A stretch of 64,000 nucleotides of DNA from a virus (lineage: Duplodnaviria > Caudoviricetes): the IMG/VR virus record IMGVR_UViG_3300025872_000002, positions 1,689 to 65,688 of that record; one strand, given 5' to 3'. Under the pieces are notes generated by a model, which worked only from the letters and a program-made list of their open reading frames with translations, was not told where the DNA came from and did not search any database. Below, one piece after another: positions 26,854 to 37,218 of the stretch; within the stretch, counting starts at the first letter, position 1, and the number at the start of each line of letters is the position of its first letter. Both the position numbers and the translations under genes were made by a program.

Positions 26854-27312
26854 ATGCCTAATACACAAGCGATGACTACGTCTTTCAAGACGGAGTTGCT
26901 TAACGCCTACCACAACTTCAGCGCGACAAACCCTGCCCGTACCATCAACACGGCGGACACGTTCAAAGCTGCGCTGTATTTGGCTTCGGCGACGGTCAAT
27001 GCCGGTACTACGGTGTACAGCACGACCGGAGAAGTAACCGGCACGAACTATACGCCCGGCGGCATCACGATCACTTCTTGGAACGCCCCTACCAGCAGCG
27101 GCACGACTGCGTACACGACGCCTACTGCCTCTTTCACGTATACCAACGTGACGTTGAGCACGGCGTTCGACGCGGTGTTGATCTATAATAGCTCGCAAGG
27201 CAACCGTGCTGTAAGCGTCCACACTTTCGGTTCACAGACCGTTACCGCTGGCACCTTTACGCTGACCATGCCGACCAATAGTTCTACACTCGCATTGCTT
27301 CGCCTTGCGTAA
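26854..27312 (+). CDS. Tail/virion protein (paralogue 2)
   Basis: SFKTELL, DTFKAALY, Y.PGG, VLIYN. Confidence 0.7.
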   Translation: MPNTQAMTTSFKTELLNAYHNFSATNPARTINTADTFKAALYLASATVNAGTTVYSTTGEVTGTNYTPGGITITSWNAPTSSGTTAYTTPTASFTYTNVTLSTAFDAVLIYNSSQGNRAVSVHTFGSQTVTAGTFTLTMPTNSSTLALLRLA

Positions 27313-27343
27313 CGAGGCGCGGTGGGGGACCGCCGCGTAATGT

Positions 27344-30025
27344 ATGTTCGGAGCGAATTCGTTTTCCGCAACAACATTTAGCGGCCTACCCTTTGCAACT
27401 CTTGTCAGTTTATCGGGCGTATCAGCCGCTGGGGATGTTGGTAGTGTAGGTGTCACAAGTAGTACGACATCTGCACTCGGCATTTCCAGTTTCGGGGAAG
27501 TAGGTTCCCTCGGCGTTACCCGTTCATCGGTTCTCTCCGGCGTATCCGCTACCGGGGCTGTTGGAACAGTTGTCGGTAGTGGTGTCCCTGCGCTTACTGG
27601 CGTATCGGCTACTGGTGATGTTGGTTCGGTAGCAGACGCTCTTACGATAGCGCTTACCTCTGTCGTTGCTACAGGCGGCACAGGTCTTGTTACTGTCGAT
27701 TCTAGCCTCGACACGCTGTCTGGCGTTGTCACCAACACCGATGTTGGCTCGCTAGGCGAAGAATTTACCCTCGCGCTTACCGGCGTAGAAGCTACCGGCC
27801 AAGTCGGTACTGTACTGCCGGGGCTTCCATACGAAGTTGACGCCTTCGCTGCCTTCTCGTTTGCTGAAGGTCCGTTTGGTGGGGCGTACTACCTTCTGCC
27901 GATCACTGTAGAGACTACGGGTGTTTCCGCCACCGGACAGGTGGGCGATGTCTCTGCACAAACCGCTGTTGAGATAACGTCCGTTGCTGCTACAGGTGAC
28001 GTAGGCTCTGTTGGCGTTGATATCAGCGTCGCGCTGAACGGTGTCTTTGCTACCGGCGAAGTCGGTACTGTTGTTGTCAATGCCGGTGGCGACGTACTGA
28101 CCGGGGTATCTACCAGCGGACTAGCGGGCGACGTATCGCCTGTAATAACAACGGCGCTATCCGGTGTCTTTGGCACTGGGGATGTAGGAAACGTAGCCAG
28201 CACGCTTGATGTAGCGCTCAGCGGTGTCTTTGCTACGGGAGACGTAGGTTCTGTTGCTGTTGGTACCGTTACGGTAGATCTGACGGGGGCGGTCGCTGCT
28301 GGGCAGGTAGGCACCGTATTGCCGGGACTGCCGTACGAAGTTGACGCATTCGCCGCTTTCTCATTTGCTGAAGGTCCGTTTGGCGGTGCTTACTATGTGC
28401 TGCCCATCACTGTAGATATCACCGGGGTTAGTGCCACCGGTGACGTAGGCTCTGTTGGCGTCAGTCTTACGATTGACCTTACGGGAGTTTCAGCTACTGG
28501 TGAAGTAGGCGATGTAGTTATTGGAGCGGCGCTTACCGGTGTTGAGGCTACTGGGGCGGTAGGATCCGTTAGCCCGGAACTGCTGATTGAGCTTTCGTCC
28601 GTTACAACTAACGGTGATGTTGGAACTTTAAGCGCTGACTCAACTCTCGCAGCTCTGAGCGGCGTAGAAGCTACCGGCCAAGTCGGTACTGTTCAGTTCA
28701 CGATCCCGTACGACGTAGACGCGTTCGCTGACTTCACGTTTGCGCAGGGTCCGTTTGGCGGTTCGTACTATGTGTTGCCAGTATCAGCAGAGCTGACCGG
28801 CGTTCAGACTACAGGAGACGCTGGCTCCCTCGCCGTCAGCCTTACGATTGATCTCGTAGGTGTGTCGGCTACTGGCGAGGTAGGGGATGTTGCCTACGAG
28901 CAGACGCTCACGGGGGTTGTGGCAACTGGAGATGTCGGGACTCTAGGCGTAGACCTAACCGTCGATCTCTCGGGGGTTGAGGCTACTGGCGAAGTCGGCA
29001 CAGTATGGGTGGTATCGCCTTATGAGGTTGATGCGTTTGCCGCCTTCTCGTTTGCCGAGGGTCCGTTTGGGGGCGCTTACTACGCATTGCCAATTACGCT
29101 TGAACTGAGCGGGGTTGACGCAACTGGTGACGTAGGTGCGGTGGGTGTAGAGGTTTCGCCTGAACTTACTGGGGTCTGGGCGGACTGCGATGTCGGTACG
29201 GTGCTTGTGCCGAGTTCATACGACCTCGATGCTTTCGCCACGTTTGCGTTTGCTGAAGGCCCGTTTGGCGGTTCGTACTATCAGCCCCCCACAATTATCG
29301 AGCTGGTCGGTGTTGACGCTATTGGGGATGTTGGTTCTGTCAGCGTAGAGATTTCGGTCGATCTTTTTGGCGTCGAGGCTCTTGGCGAAGTAGGTTCTGT
29401 AGCTACAACCTCCACAACCTTTGATGTCGATACCTTTGCCGGGTTCTCGTTTGCTGAAGGCCCGTTCGGTGGGTCGTTGTACACGCTTCCGACCATTATT
29501 GAGTTGGTTGGTGTACAGAGTACGGGCGAGGTTGGAAACGTAACCGCCAGTTCTTCGTCTATCGGGCTTTCCGGCGTTAGTTCTGCGGGGCAGGCAGGCA
29601 ATTTACAATCGACATACGCTAGTGACATAATTGGAAACGCCGCTGTTGGAGCAGTAGGTTCTGTCGGCGTCCGGTACTGGAGCACAATTGTTGATGCCCA
29701 AACTCCGGGCTGGGTGGACGTCAACAACGGCGCGATTTCTACTCCTGTCGATACTTTCTCAGGTGCGGCGCTTGCGGAAGACTCTTTTGCTGACTCGCTA
29801 CCTACTCCTCAGCAGCCCGGGTGGGCTAACATCACTAGCGCTCAGGGATCAATCTGGACTAGTATTAACACCGGTGCGATTGCAACGCCCGTAAACACCT
29901 TCTCAGGATCCACCTTTACCGAAGACTCGTTTGCTGAGTCTCTACCAACACCACAGACTCCCAACTGGACCAACGTCGATACCACTGAAGATGCAGAGTG
30001 GGAAGAAATCGATACCGTTACCTAG
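27344..30025 (+). CDS. Long repetitive acidic Val/Gly/Thr/Ser-rich fibre-like protein
   Basis: Dozens of (L/T)GVxATGxVG units plus six DAFAxFxFAEGPFGGxYY blocks. Confidence 0.8.
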   Translation: MFGANSFSATTFSGLPFATLVSLSGVSAAGDVGSVGVTSSTTSALGISSFGEVGSLGVTRSSVLSGVSATGAVGTVVGSGVPALTGVSATGDVGSVADALTIALTSVVATGGTGLVTVDSSLDTLSGVVTNTDVGSLGEEFTLALTGVEATGQVGTVLPGLPYEVDAFAAFSFAEGPFGGAYYLLPITVETTGVSATGQVGDVSAQTAVEITSVAATGDVGSVGVDISVALNGVFATGEVGTVVVNAGGDVLTGVSTSGLAGDVSPVITTALSGVFGTGDVGNVASTLDVALSGVFATGDVGSVAVGTVTVDLTGAVAAGQVGTVLPGLPYEVDAFAAFSFAEGPFGGAYYVLPITVDITGVSATGDVGSVGVSLTIDLTGVSATGEVGDVVIGAALTGVEATGAVGSVSPELLIELSSVTTNGDVGTLSADSTLAALSGVEATGQVGTVQFTIPYDVDAFADFTFAQGPFGGSYYVLPVSAELTGVQTTGDAGSLAVSLTIDLVGVSATGEVGDVAYEQTLTGVVATGDVGTLGVDLTVDLSGVEATGEVGTVWVVSPYEVDAFAAFSFAEGPFGGAYYALPITLELSGVDATGDVGAVGVEVSPELTGVWADCDVGTVLVPSSYDLDAFATFAFAEGPFGGSYYQPPTIIELVGVDAIGDVGSVSVEISVDLFGVEALGEVGSVATTSTTFDVDTFAGFSFAEGPFGGSLYTLPTIIELVGVQSTGEVGNVTASSSSIGLSGVSSAGQAGNLQSTYASDIIGNAAVGAVGSVGVRYWSTIVDAQTPGWVDVNNGAISTPVDTFSGAALAEDSFADSLPTPQQPGWANITSAQGSIWTSINTGAIATPVNTFSGSTFTEDSFAESLPTPQTPNWTNVDTTEDAEWEEIDTVT

Positions 30026-30034
30026 AGGAACAAC

Positions 30035-31438
30035 ATGGCTTTCGTAATCAAAGACCGAGTTCGTGAAACTACCGCCACTACCGGTACTGGTACCGTCACC
30101 CTTGCTGGAGCAGTGAGCGGGTATCAGGCTTTCTCAGCTATCGGCAACGGCAACACCACGTACTACTGTATCGCTGGGCAGGGCACCAACGAATGGGAAG
30201 TCGGTATCGGTACGTACACCTCTGCCGGTACTACGCTCTCCCGTACCACGGTGCTTTCGTCTAGCAACAGCGGCAGCTTGGTTCCGTTCTCTGCCGGTAC
30301 CAAAGACGTTTTTGTTACGCAGCCTGCATCCCGCGCCGTTTTCCAAGATGATCTTCTAGACGCTTCTACGGGCAATAATTTTACGGCTAAGTCCTATAAC
30401 AGCGGTCAACTAGCCGGGTTCCGAAATAAAATTATTAACGGCGATATGACTATATATCAGCGCCGAGAAGATGCCGTTGGTGCATCTTCAAATGGTTATC
30501 ACTTAGATAGATGGACCACTGCCACCAATATTGTCGGTACAGTTGGTCAGACTCTTCAATCCACGGATGTACCTGCTAGCGCAACTTTTTATTATTCTCG
30601 TCGATTAAATGTAACATCGTCAAAAACTGTCGTAGCGGGTAATTATTACTGTATCGCGCAATATATTGAAGGCTACCAAGCTCGACCGTTTTTAAATAAT
30701 ACGTTTACTTATTCTTTTTGGGTTCGGTCGGCAAAAACCGGGACTCATTGTGTAGCATTTGTTAATAGCGGAAATGACCGCAGTTATGTGACCGAATATA
30801 CGGTCAACGCAGCTAATACATGGGAATATAAAACGGTTACAGTAAGTGGCGGTCTAATTTCCGCTGGGACTTGGGATTGGTTAAACGGAGTTGGTGTACG
30901 GGTATTATTTACGTTAAATGCCGGATCAACATATCAAACTACGGCTAATAATTGGCAGACCGGCCAATACTATGCTACGTCTAGCCAAGTTAATGTGCTT
31001 GATACAAACGGTAATATTTTCTCTATTACTGGCGCGCAGCTAGAAATTGGCAGTGTCGTTACACCTTTTGAAACTAGGATGTACCCAACAGAACTCTTGC
31101 TTTGTCAACGGTATTATCAAATATACGGCAAATACAATACGCTTAGCACTTTTTTCTCTTACCGCGCGGCAGGAGATCCTAGCATTCCGCAGACTTTTTA
31201 TTATCCGTTTCAGTTTGTTACTACGGTTAGGACTACCAGTCCTACTTGTACAATGTCGGGGCAATGGACTACAGTTAATGTAGCTAGTTTTAATATCGCT
31301 TCAGGCGCAAACGCGGGGGATAGCGGAGCAAGAATAACTATCAATACTACTACTACCGGGCTATTTGAGTTAACCGCAAGTATTGGCGGTGGGCCTGCTG
31401 ATGGCGCGCGTATCATAGTAGATGCGGAATTAACTTAA
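30035..31438 (+). CDS. Tail fibre with putative carbohydrate-binding C-terminal domain
   Basis: DRVRETT.TTGTG, EWEVGIGT, FSAGTKDVF; then RNKIINGDM...QLEIGSVVTPFE...ELLLCQRYY. Confidence 0.75.
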   Translation: MAFVIKDRVRETTATTGTGTVTLAGAVSGYQAFSAIGNGNTTYYCIAGQGTNEWEVGIGTYTSAGTTLSRTTVLSSSNSGSLVPFSAGTKDVFVTQPASRAVFQDDLLDASTGNNFTAKSYNSGQLAGFRNKIINGDMTIYQRREDAVGASSNGYHLDRWTTATNIVGTVGQTLQSTDVPASATFYYSRRLNVTSSKTVVAGNYYCIAQYIEGYQARPFLNNTFTYSFWVRSAKTGTHCVAFVNSGNDRSYVTEYTVNAANTWEYKTVTVSGGLISAGTWDWLNGVGVRVLFTLNAGSTYQTTANNWQTGQYYATSSQVNVLDTNGNIFSITGAQLEIGSVVTPFETRMYPTELLLCQRYYQIYGKYNTLSTFFSYRAAGDPSIPQTFYYPFQFVTTVRTTSPTCTMSGQWTTVNVASFNIASGANAGDSGARITINTTTTGLFELTASIGGGPADGARIIVDAELT

Positions 31439-31468
31439 TTCTATGTTGTAGCTTGCTAAGGACCAGCG

Positions 31469-32590
31469 ATGACCAGCACTCCGTCTACTATTCTGCGTCT
31501 GGAACTCATGGGGTCCGGGGATCAGCCCGGCACATGGGGAAACACGACCAACTCCAACATCGGTTCGCTGTTAGAAGGCGCGATTGCTGGCGTCGCTAAT
31601 GTCTCGGTCTCTTCGGCTGCTCAGGCTTTTATCGCGCTTGACTACGCGCCCGACGAAGCGCGGATGGCGATTGTCAAACTGTCTACGACTGGGGCCGTGA
31701 CCACGGCGTTTGCGGTCTATGCCCCGCCAGTATCTAAAATCTACGTTGTCCAGAACAACTCCGCTTATGCCGCGACGGTATATAACTCCACCGTGCTTGG
31801 TAATACGGTTGCTGCTGGTGCGGGGATTGTTGTAGGTGCTGGAGAAAGCGCGGTCGTATTTAGTGATGGTGCCAGCTTCTACGGGCTGTCGTTGGCGACC
31901 GGCGTCGTGCCTGTAATTCGAGGCGGTACCGGCGCAAATAATGCGGTTGATGCTCGGACTAATCTTGGTCTCACGATTGGTGCGGATGTAGCCGCAAACA
32001 ATTCACCTGCGTTTACAGGAACGCCTACTGCGCCCACTGCGCTTGTCGGAACTAACGATACGCAGCTTGCTACCACTGCGTTTGTTAACACCCAAGTTGC
32101 AGACTACGCGCCCAGCAAAACCGGAACAGGCGCTAGCGGGACATGGGGGATTAACATCTCTGGGTCAAGCGCGACGGCTGGCACTGCCACTTCTGCCAGT
32201 ACTGCTACGACTGCGGATAAATTTACTACGACTTCTGGCAGTGCCCCCGCTTACGCTATCAGAGCGTGGGCTAATATTTTTGGTTGGGGGTCGGGGCCGT
32301 ATATTGCTAACTCAGGTAATGTGGCAAGTCTTACTTATAACGGCCCCGGTGACTATACGATTAATTTTATTACCCCGATGCCGAATGTAAACTATTCGAT
32401 AGTTGCTACGGCTAACAACTATAACTACGGCCAGTCGCTGACTGTTGCTGTTAAATACGGAGACGGTTCGATCTACGGTACTACAAGTCCTACCCTTAAA
32501 ACTACTAGCGCTGTGCGGATTGTGGTCGGGATCGGAAACAGTACCACTTATCTTGATGCCCCTGAACTCAATGTGATGATCATTTGCTAA
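31469..32590 (+). CDS. Tail fibre / virion protein
   Basis: GTWGNTTN, GGTGA...ARTNLGL, SPAFTGTPTAPT...TQLATTAFV. Confidence 0.75.
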   Translation: MTSTPSTILRLELMGSGDQPGTWGNTTNSNIGSLLEGAIAGVANVSVSSAAQAFIALDYAPDEARMAIVKLSTTGAVTTAFAVYAPPVSKIYVVQNNSAYAATVYNSTVLGNTVAAGAGIVVGAGESAVVFSDGASFYGLSLATGVVPVIRGGTGANNAVDARTNLGLTIGADVAANNSPAFTGTPTAPTALVGTNDTQLATTAFVNTQVADYAPSKTGTGASGTWGINISGSSATAGTATSASTATTADKFTTTSGSAPAYAIRAWANIFGWGSGPYIANSGNVASLTYNGPGDYTINFITPMPNVNYSIVATANNYNYGQSLTVAVKYGDGSIYGTTSPTLKTTSAVRIVVGIGNSTTYLDAPELNVMIIC

Positions 32591-32599
32591 GGGACCGCC

Positions 32600-34624
32600 A
32601 TGCCTCTTAAAGAGCTTCGGTTTAGGCCCGGCATAAACAGAGAGGGGACCAGTCTCGCTAATGAAGGCGGTTGGTTTGATGGAAACCATATTCGTTTCCG
32701 CTCTGGCAATGCTGAAAAGATTGGCGGCTGGACTAAGGATGTAGGCGGGGCGTATCAGAATACTGCCGGTACTATTCTTCAGCCGCCTTACGGCTCTTTC
32801 TGGGGGGTGTGCCGGTCTCTGTGGAACTGGGTGACGCTGGCGGGGTATAACCTGCTTGGTGCGGGCACCAACTTAAAGTTCTACATTCAGAACGGTGTTG
32901 GCGGCAATTTTTACGACGTAACCCCGCTCCGATACACCACCATCCCCGGCACGGCTACGTTCTCTGCTACTCCCGGCTCGCCTGTTATCACTGTGACGGA
33001 TACCGCGCATAATGCGCAAGCTGGGGATTTCGTCACGTATAGCGGAGCAGTGTCTTTAGGCGGCAACATCACGGCGGCAGTGCTGAACCGTGAATATCGT
33101 GTCGCTACTTATATCGATGCAAACACCTACACTATTGTTGCGACTGTAAGTGCTAATGGCTCTGATATCGGGAACGGTGGTTCGTCTACTGTAGCGGCGT
33201 ATCAGATCACCACGGGTTCCGATATCTATACTGTCGGCGTTGGCTGGGGCGCAGGTGGTTGGAGTGGTGTTACTACAGGGTATCCGTCTACCGGGTGGGG
33301 GGCATCGTCATCTGCGGGTCTTGGGATTGGCATTCAGCTTCGCCTCTGGAGCCAACAGAACTACGGCGAAAATCTGATTATTAACCCGCGAGGCGGCGCG
33401 CTGTACTACTGGGTAAACAGTAATACGCCCGGCTTGTATAACCGCGCTCAGATTCTTTCGTCCACGAACACTAATACACAGGTTACGACTGGCGGGGTTT
33501 CTGCTGCTTGGTGGCAGACAGACGCTACTTGCCCGTCGATTTGTAATTTTGTGATGGTGTCTGACACCTCGCGCTTTGTGTTGGCCTTTGGCTGTAATGA
33601 CCCGACAGGTACATATGCGACTACTGCTCTCGACCCTATGCAGATTCGTTGGTCGGATCAAGAAAATCTTTTGGTCTGGGCACCCAACCTTGCAACCAAT
33701 CAGGCCGGAGGCATCCGTCTCAGTCACGGATCAGAAATCATCACAGCCTTCCAGTCCCGACAAGAAATCTTGGTCTGGACCGACGCCGCTGTCTATTCCT
33801 TGCAGTACCTCGGTCCACCGTATATTTGGGGATCTCAACTACTAGCCGACAATATCTCTATCGTTAGCCCGAATGCGGTTGTTTCGGCTAACAACGTCGT
33901 CTACTGGATGGGCGTAGACAAGTTCTACATGTACACGGGCCGCGTTGAAACTTTGCCTTCAGCGGTCCGGACGTATGTGTTTGAGAACATTAATCTCGCA
34001 CAGTCGTATCAGTTCTTTGCCGGTACCAATGAAGGCTATTCGGAAGTTTGGTGGTTCTACTGCTCGCGCAATTCGGACGTTATTGACCGATACGTCATTT
34101 ATAACCATTTGGATAAAGTGTGGTACTACGGCTCGATGCAACGTACGGCTTGGAACGATAGCCCGTTGCGGGACTATCCGATGGCTACGACTATCGGGAA
34201 TGCTTTGGTTTACCATGAAGACGGCACAAATGACGGCACGACTAATCCGCCTTCGCCTATTAGTGCCTATGTCCAATCATCGGACTTCGATATTGGGGAA
34301 GGGCACAACTTCGGGTTTGTGTGGCGTCTGATCCCAGATATTACGTTTGATGGTTCGACGGTTAATCAGCCGTCTGCGTATATCACTATGCTGCCCCGCA
34401 CCAACCCCGGTGCGAACTACACGGCTACTGACACGAACCCTGCGGTCATCAGTACTCAGAACTATGTGAACCAGCCGACATACACGATTCAGCAGTTCAC
34501 GCAGATTCTCTATGTTCGCGCTCGTGGCCGACAGTTGGCGCTCAAGGTCTCATCTGATACGCTGGGTACGCAGTGGCAGGTTGGCGTCAATCGTCTTGAT
34601 GTGCGACCGGATGGGCGTCGATGA
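32600..34624 (+). CDS. Putative tail nozzle / tail tubular protein B-like
   Basis: 674 aa, beta-propeller-like; IRWSDQE, EVWWFY, DVRPDGRR; position before ejection proteins. Confidence 0.65.
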   Translation: MPLKELRFRPGINREGTSLANEGGWFDGNHIRFRSGNAEKIGGWTKDVGGAYQNTAGTILQPPYGSFWGVCRSLWNWVTLAGYNLLGAGTNLKFYIQNGVGGNFYDVTPLRYTTIPGTATFSATPGSPVITVTDTAHNAQAGDFVTYSGAVSLGGNITAAVLNREYRVATYIDANTYTIVATVSANGSDIGNGGSSTVAAYQITTGSDIYTVGVGWGAGGWSGVTTGYPSTGWGASSSAGLGIGIQLRLWSQQNYGENLIINPRGGALYYWVNSNTPGLYNRAQILSSTNTNTQVTTGGVSAAWWQTDATCPSICNFVMVSDTSRFVLAFGCNDPTGTYATTALDPMQIRWSDQENLLVWAPNLATNQAGGIRLSHGSEIITAFQSRQEILVWTDAAVYSLQYLGPPYIWGSQLLADNISIVSPNAVVSANNVVYWMGVDKFYMYTGRVETLPSAVRTYVFENINLAQSYQFFAGTNEGYSEVWWFYCSRNSDVIDRYVIYNHLDKVWYYGSMQRTAWNDSPLRDYPMATTIGNALVYHEDGTNDGTTNPPSPISAYVQSSDFDIGEGHNFGFVWRLIPDITFDGSTVNQPSAYITMLPRTNPGANYTATDTNPAVISTQNYVNQPTYTIQQFTQILYVRARGRQLALKVSSDTLGTQWQVGVNRLDVRPDGRR

Positions 34625-36000
34625 GTTCGATCTTCACGAGCTTTACGCTCCAGAACCCTGTTGCTCCGCGCTTACCGGCTGCGCCAATAGAATACGACCA
34701 GCGGTACCAAGATCAGTTTCTGAACATCCTTCGTCTGTACTTCAATCAGCTAGATAACGTACTGGGGCAGATTTTGGCTACAGATACCCCGATCCCAATT
34801 TCGATTGGCGGAACCAACGTAGATGCGTTTAACCGGTTGCGCGTCAGCAATCCTTTTACGCTGTTCGACTCATCGCATCGTTACGCTGATAACAATCTAT
34901 GGGCCAGCAAAACTACAGGCACTGCTACGGTTGCTTTCAATGCTGCGCAAGGTCTGGTCGATTTGACTATCGGCACCGCGCTTAACGACGAGATTGTTCG
35001 TGAAACGATCAAGGTGTTTTCTTACCAGCCGGGCAAGAGTCTGTTGGTGATGAACACCTTTATCATGGCCGCGACCAAAGCAGGATTACGCCAGCGCGTC
35101 GGGTATTACGGCGAGGATAACGGCATCTATATAGAGCAAGATGGTACGTCGGTGTACATGGTTGAGCGTAGCCTTGTTACCGGCGTTGTGACTGAGACCA
35201 AGGTAGCTCAAGCCAACTGGAACCAAGACCCGCTGAACGGTACCGGGCCGTCTGGACTCACGCTTGATCTGACCAAAGCTCAGATCTTGTACATGGACAT
35301 AGAGTGGCTGGGTGTTGGTACGGTGCGAACCGGCTTTGTCATCGATGGCAACTTTATCCCCGCGCACAACTTCAATCACGCCAACGAGATAACCAGCACT
35401 TACGTCACTACCGCATCGCTACCGCTTCGGTACGAGATTAAAAATGTAGCGGCCACGGCGTCCTCCAGTACGTTGAAGCAAGTGTGCTCAACGGTCATTT
35501 CCGAAGGCGGGTATACCCTAAACGGTGCGCAGCTTTCTGTGGGTACATCGATCACCGCGCCACGTACGTTGACGACGGCGGGCACCCTTTATACGGTTGT
35601 GTCTTTGCGGCTAAAGACCACGAGGCTCGATGCGATTGTTATTTTGACCGCCATCTCTTTGCTTGGTATTACCAATAACTCCAATTACAAATGGGAGGTT
35701 GTGGCGTCTGGCACCACAACAGGTGGTACTTGGGTAAGCGCGGGCACCAACTCTGCGGTTGAGTACAATCTTAGCGGTACGTTTGCAGTCGGCACTGGGC
35801 GCGTTCTTGCCTCGGGCTACTTCCAAGGCTCAAACCAAGGATCGACCTCAATCGACATCTTGAAACAAGCCTTATTTGCGTTCCAGTTAGAGCGCAATCC
35901 GTTTACAGCGACGCCGTATGAGCTTACGCTAGCCGTCACTGCTTCCTCCAACGGCGACCAAGTTCATGCGTCTATGGACTGGGAAGAGATCAGCAGGTAA
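34621..36000 (+). CDS. Virion protein (short helical N-terminus plus beta-sandwich domain)
   Basis: LRLYFNQLDN then DAFNRLRVSNPFTLFDS, YQPGKS, IEWLGVGTVR. Confidence 0.7.
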   Translation: MSSIFTSFTLQNPVAPRLPAAPIEYDQRYQDQFLNILRLYFNQLDNVLGQILATDTPIPISIGGTNVDAFNRLRVSNPFTLFDSSHRYADNNLWASKTTGTATVAFNAAQGLVDLTIGTALNDEIVRETIKVFSYQPGKSLLVMNTFIMAATKAGLRQRVGYYGEDNGIYIEQDGTSVYMVERSLVTGVVTETKVAQANWNQDPLNGTGPSGLTLDLTKAQILYMDIEWLGVGTVRTGFVIDGNFIPAHNFNHANEITSTYVTTASLPLRYEIKNVAATASSSTLKQVCSTVISEGGYTLNGAQLSVGTSITAPRTLTTAGTLYTVVSLRLKTTRLDAIVILTAISLLGITNNSNYKWEVVASGTTTGGTWVSAGTNSAVEYNLSGTFAVGTGRVLASGYFQGSNQGSTSIDILKQALFAFQLERNPFTATPYELTLAVTASSNGDQVHASMDWEEISR

Positions 36001-36012
36001 TCGGGGATTAAC

Positions 36013-37218
36013 ATGTCTTACCACAACGTAGCTAAGCAGCTTGCATCCAAAGGCCGGGGATCGGACTCCACGCTTGTGCACATGTCCAACGGGGAAGTTC
36101 GCGGGCTGCAAGCTCTGGCGGCAGCACACGGCGGATCGCTCAGCATTAACCCCAGCACGGGTTTGCCTGAAGCCGGGTTCTTGTCGAACATCCTGCCGGT
36201 AATTGGTGGTGTGGCGATGACTGCTATGGGGGTACCGCCCCCTGTTGCCGCTATGCTTATGGGTGGCGGCACCGCGTTGGCTACGGGCGATCTCAATAAA
36301 GGGCTTATGGCCGGATTGGGCGCGTATGGCGGCGCGGGGCTTGGTTCGGGATTGATGGGGGCAGGAGCCGCTGGTACGGCGGCGGAGATGGCTGGCGGGT
36401 TGAGTGGCGCGTCGGCTGCGGAGTTGGCGGCTGCGCAGCAGGGAGCTGCGCAGGCTGCGGCGGCGTCTCCTTTCTCTGCTATGGGCCAAGGGTTGTCTTC
36501 CCTGACCTCGTCTGGGGCGGCTGGGGAAGCGGCCCGTTCTGGGTTTATGAGTGGTGTTGGTGGGATGAAAGGCTTGGGAATATCCGGGCTGGCGGCAGCA
36601 GCGCCTATGCTTTTAGGTGGAGACAGTGAAACGCCGCCACTCGCAAAAACACCTTCGTTGAATCGGCTGACCTATGCTCCCAATGTAACCACGCCTTTCC
36701 CGCAATCGACAGTACCCGCCTATGGGGGTCTGGGTCGCGATTTTGGTCGAGAGCAGCAGTACTTCTCTGGCAGGTATGTCGATACTGGCGTGCCCTTCCG
36801 GCCCGGAGCGTATGCTGCGGGTGGTCCCATTGACAAACCGGTTGAAGCGTATCCCATGTCCTACATCGACGCCGCTGAGTATTCTAGGGGGCTAAACCTG
36901 CCGATGCCGCAAATGGCGAGTGGCGGTATTTCCAATCTAGGCGATTACTCGGATGGCGGGCGGCTTCTGCGGGGTCCGGGCGATGGGGTGTCTGACTCTA
37001 TTCCGGCTACGATTGGTGGCAAGCAGCCCGCACGGCTTGCCGATGGTGAGTTTGTTGTACCTGCACGTATCGTTTCCGAGCTTGGGAATGGGTCTACTGA
37101 AGCAGGCGCTAAAAAGCTTTACGCTATGCTGGACAGAATTCAGGCAGCGCGTAGTAAAACCGTCGGCAAAGGCAAAGTTGCCAAGGACAGCAAAGCTGAA
37201 AACATGTTGCCCGCATGA
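36013..37218 (+). CDS. Internal virion (ejection) protein
   Basis: GRGSDSTLVHM, INPSTGLPEA, Gly/Ala-rich middle, GPGDGVSDSIPA...LADGEFVVPA. Confidence 0.7.
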   Translation: MSYHNVAKQLASKGRGSDSTLVHMSNGEVRGLQALAAAHGGSLSINPSTGLPEAGFLSNILPVIGGVAMTAMGVPPPVAAMLMGGGTALATGDLNKGLMAGLGAYGGAGLGSGLMGAGAAGTAAEMAGGLSGASAAELAAAQQGAAQAAAASPFSAMGQGLSSLTSSGAAGEAARSGFMSGVGGMKGLGISGLAAAAPMLLGGDSETPPLAKTPSLNRLTYAPNVTTPFPQSTVPAYGGLGRDFGREQQYFSGRYVDTGVPFRPGAYAAGGPIDKPVEAYPMSYIDAAEYSRGLNLPMPQMASGGISNLGDYSDGGRLLRGPGDGVSDSIPATIGGKQPARLADGEFVVPARIVSELGNGSTEAGAKKLYAMLDRIQAARSKTVGKGKVAKDSKAENMLPA

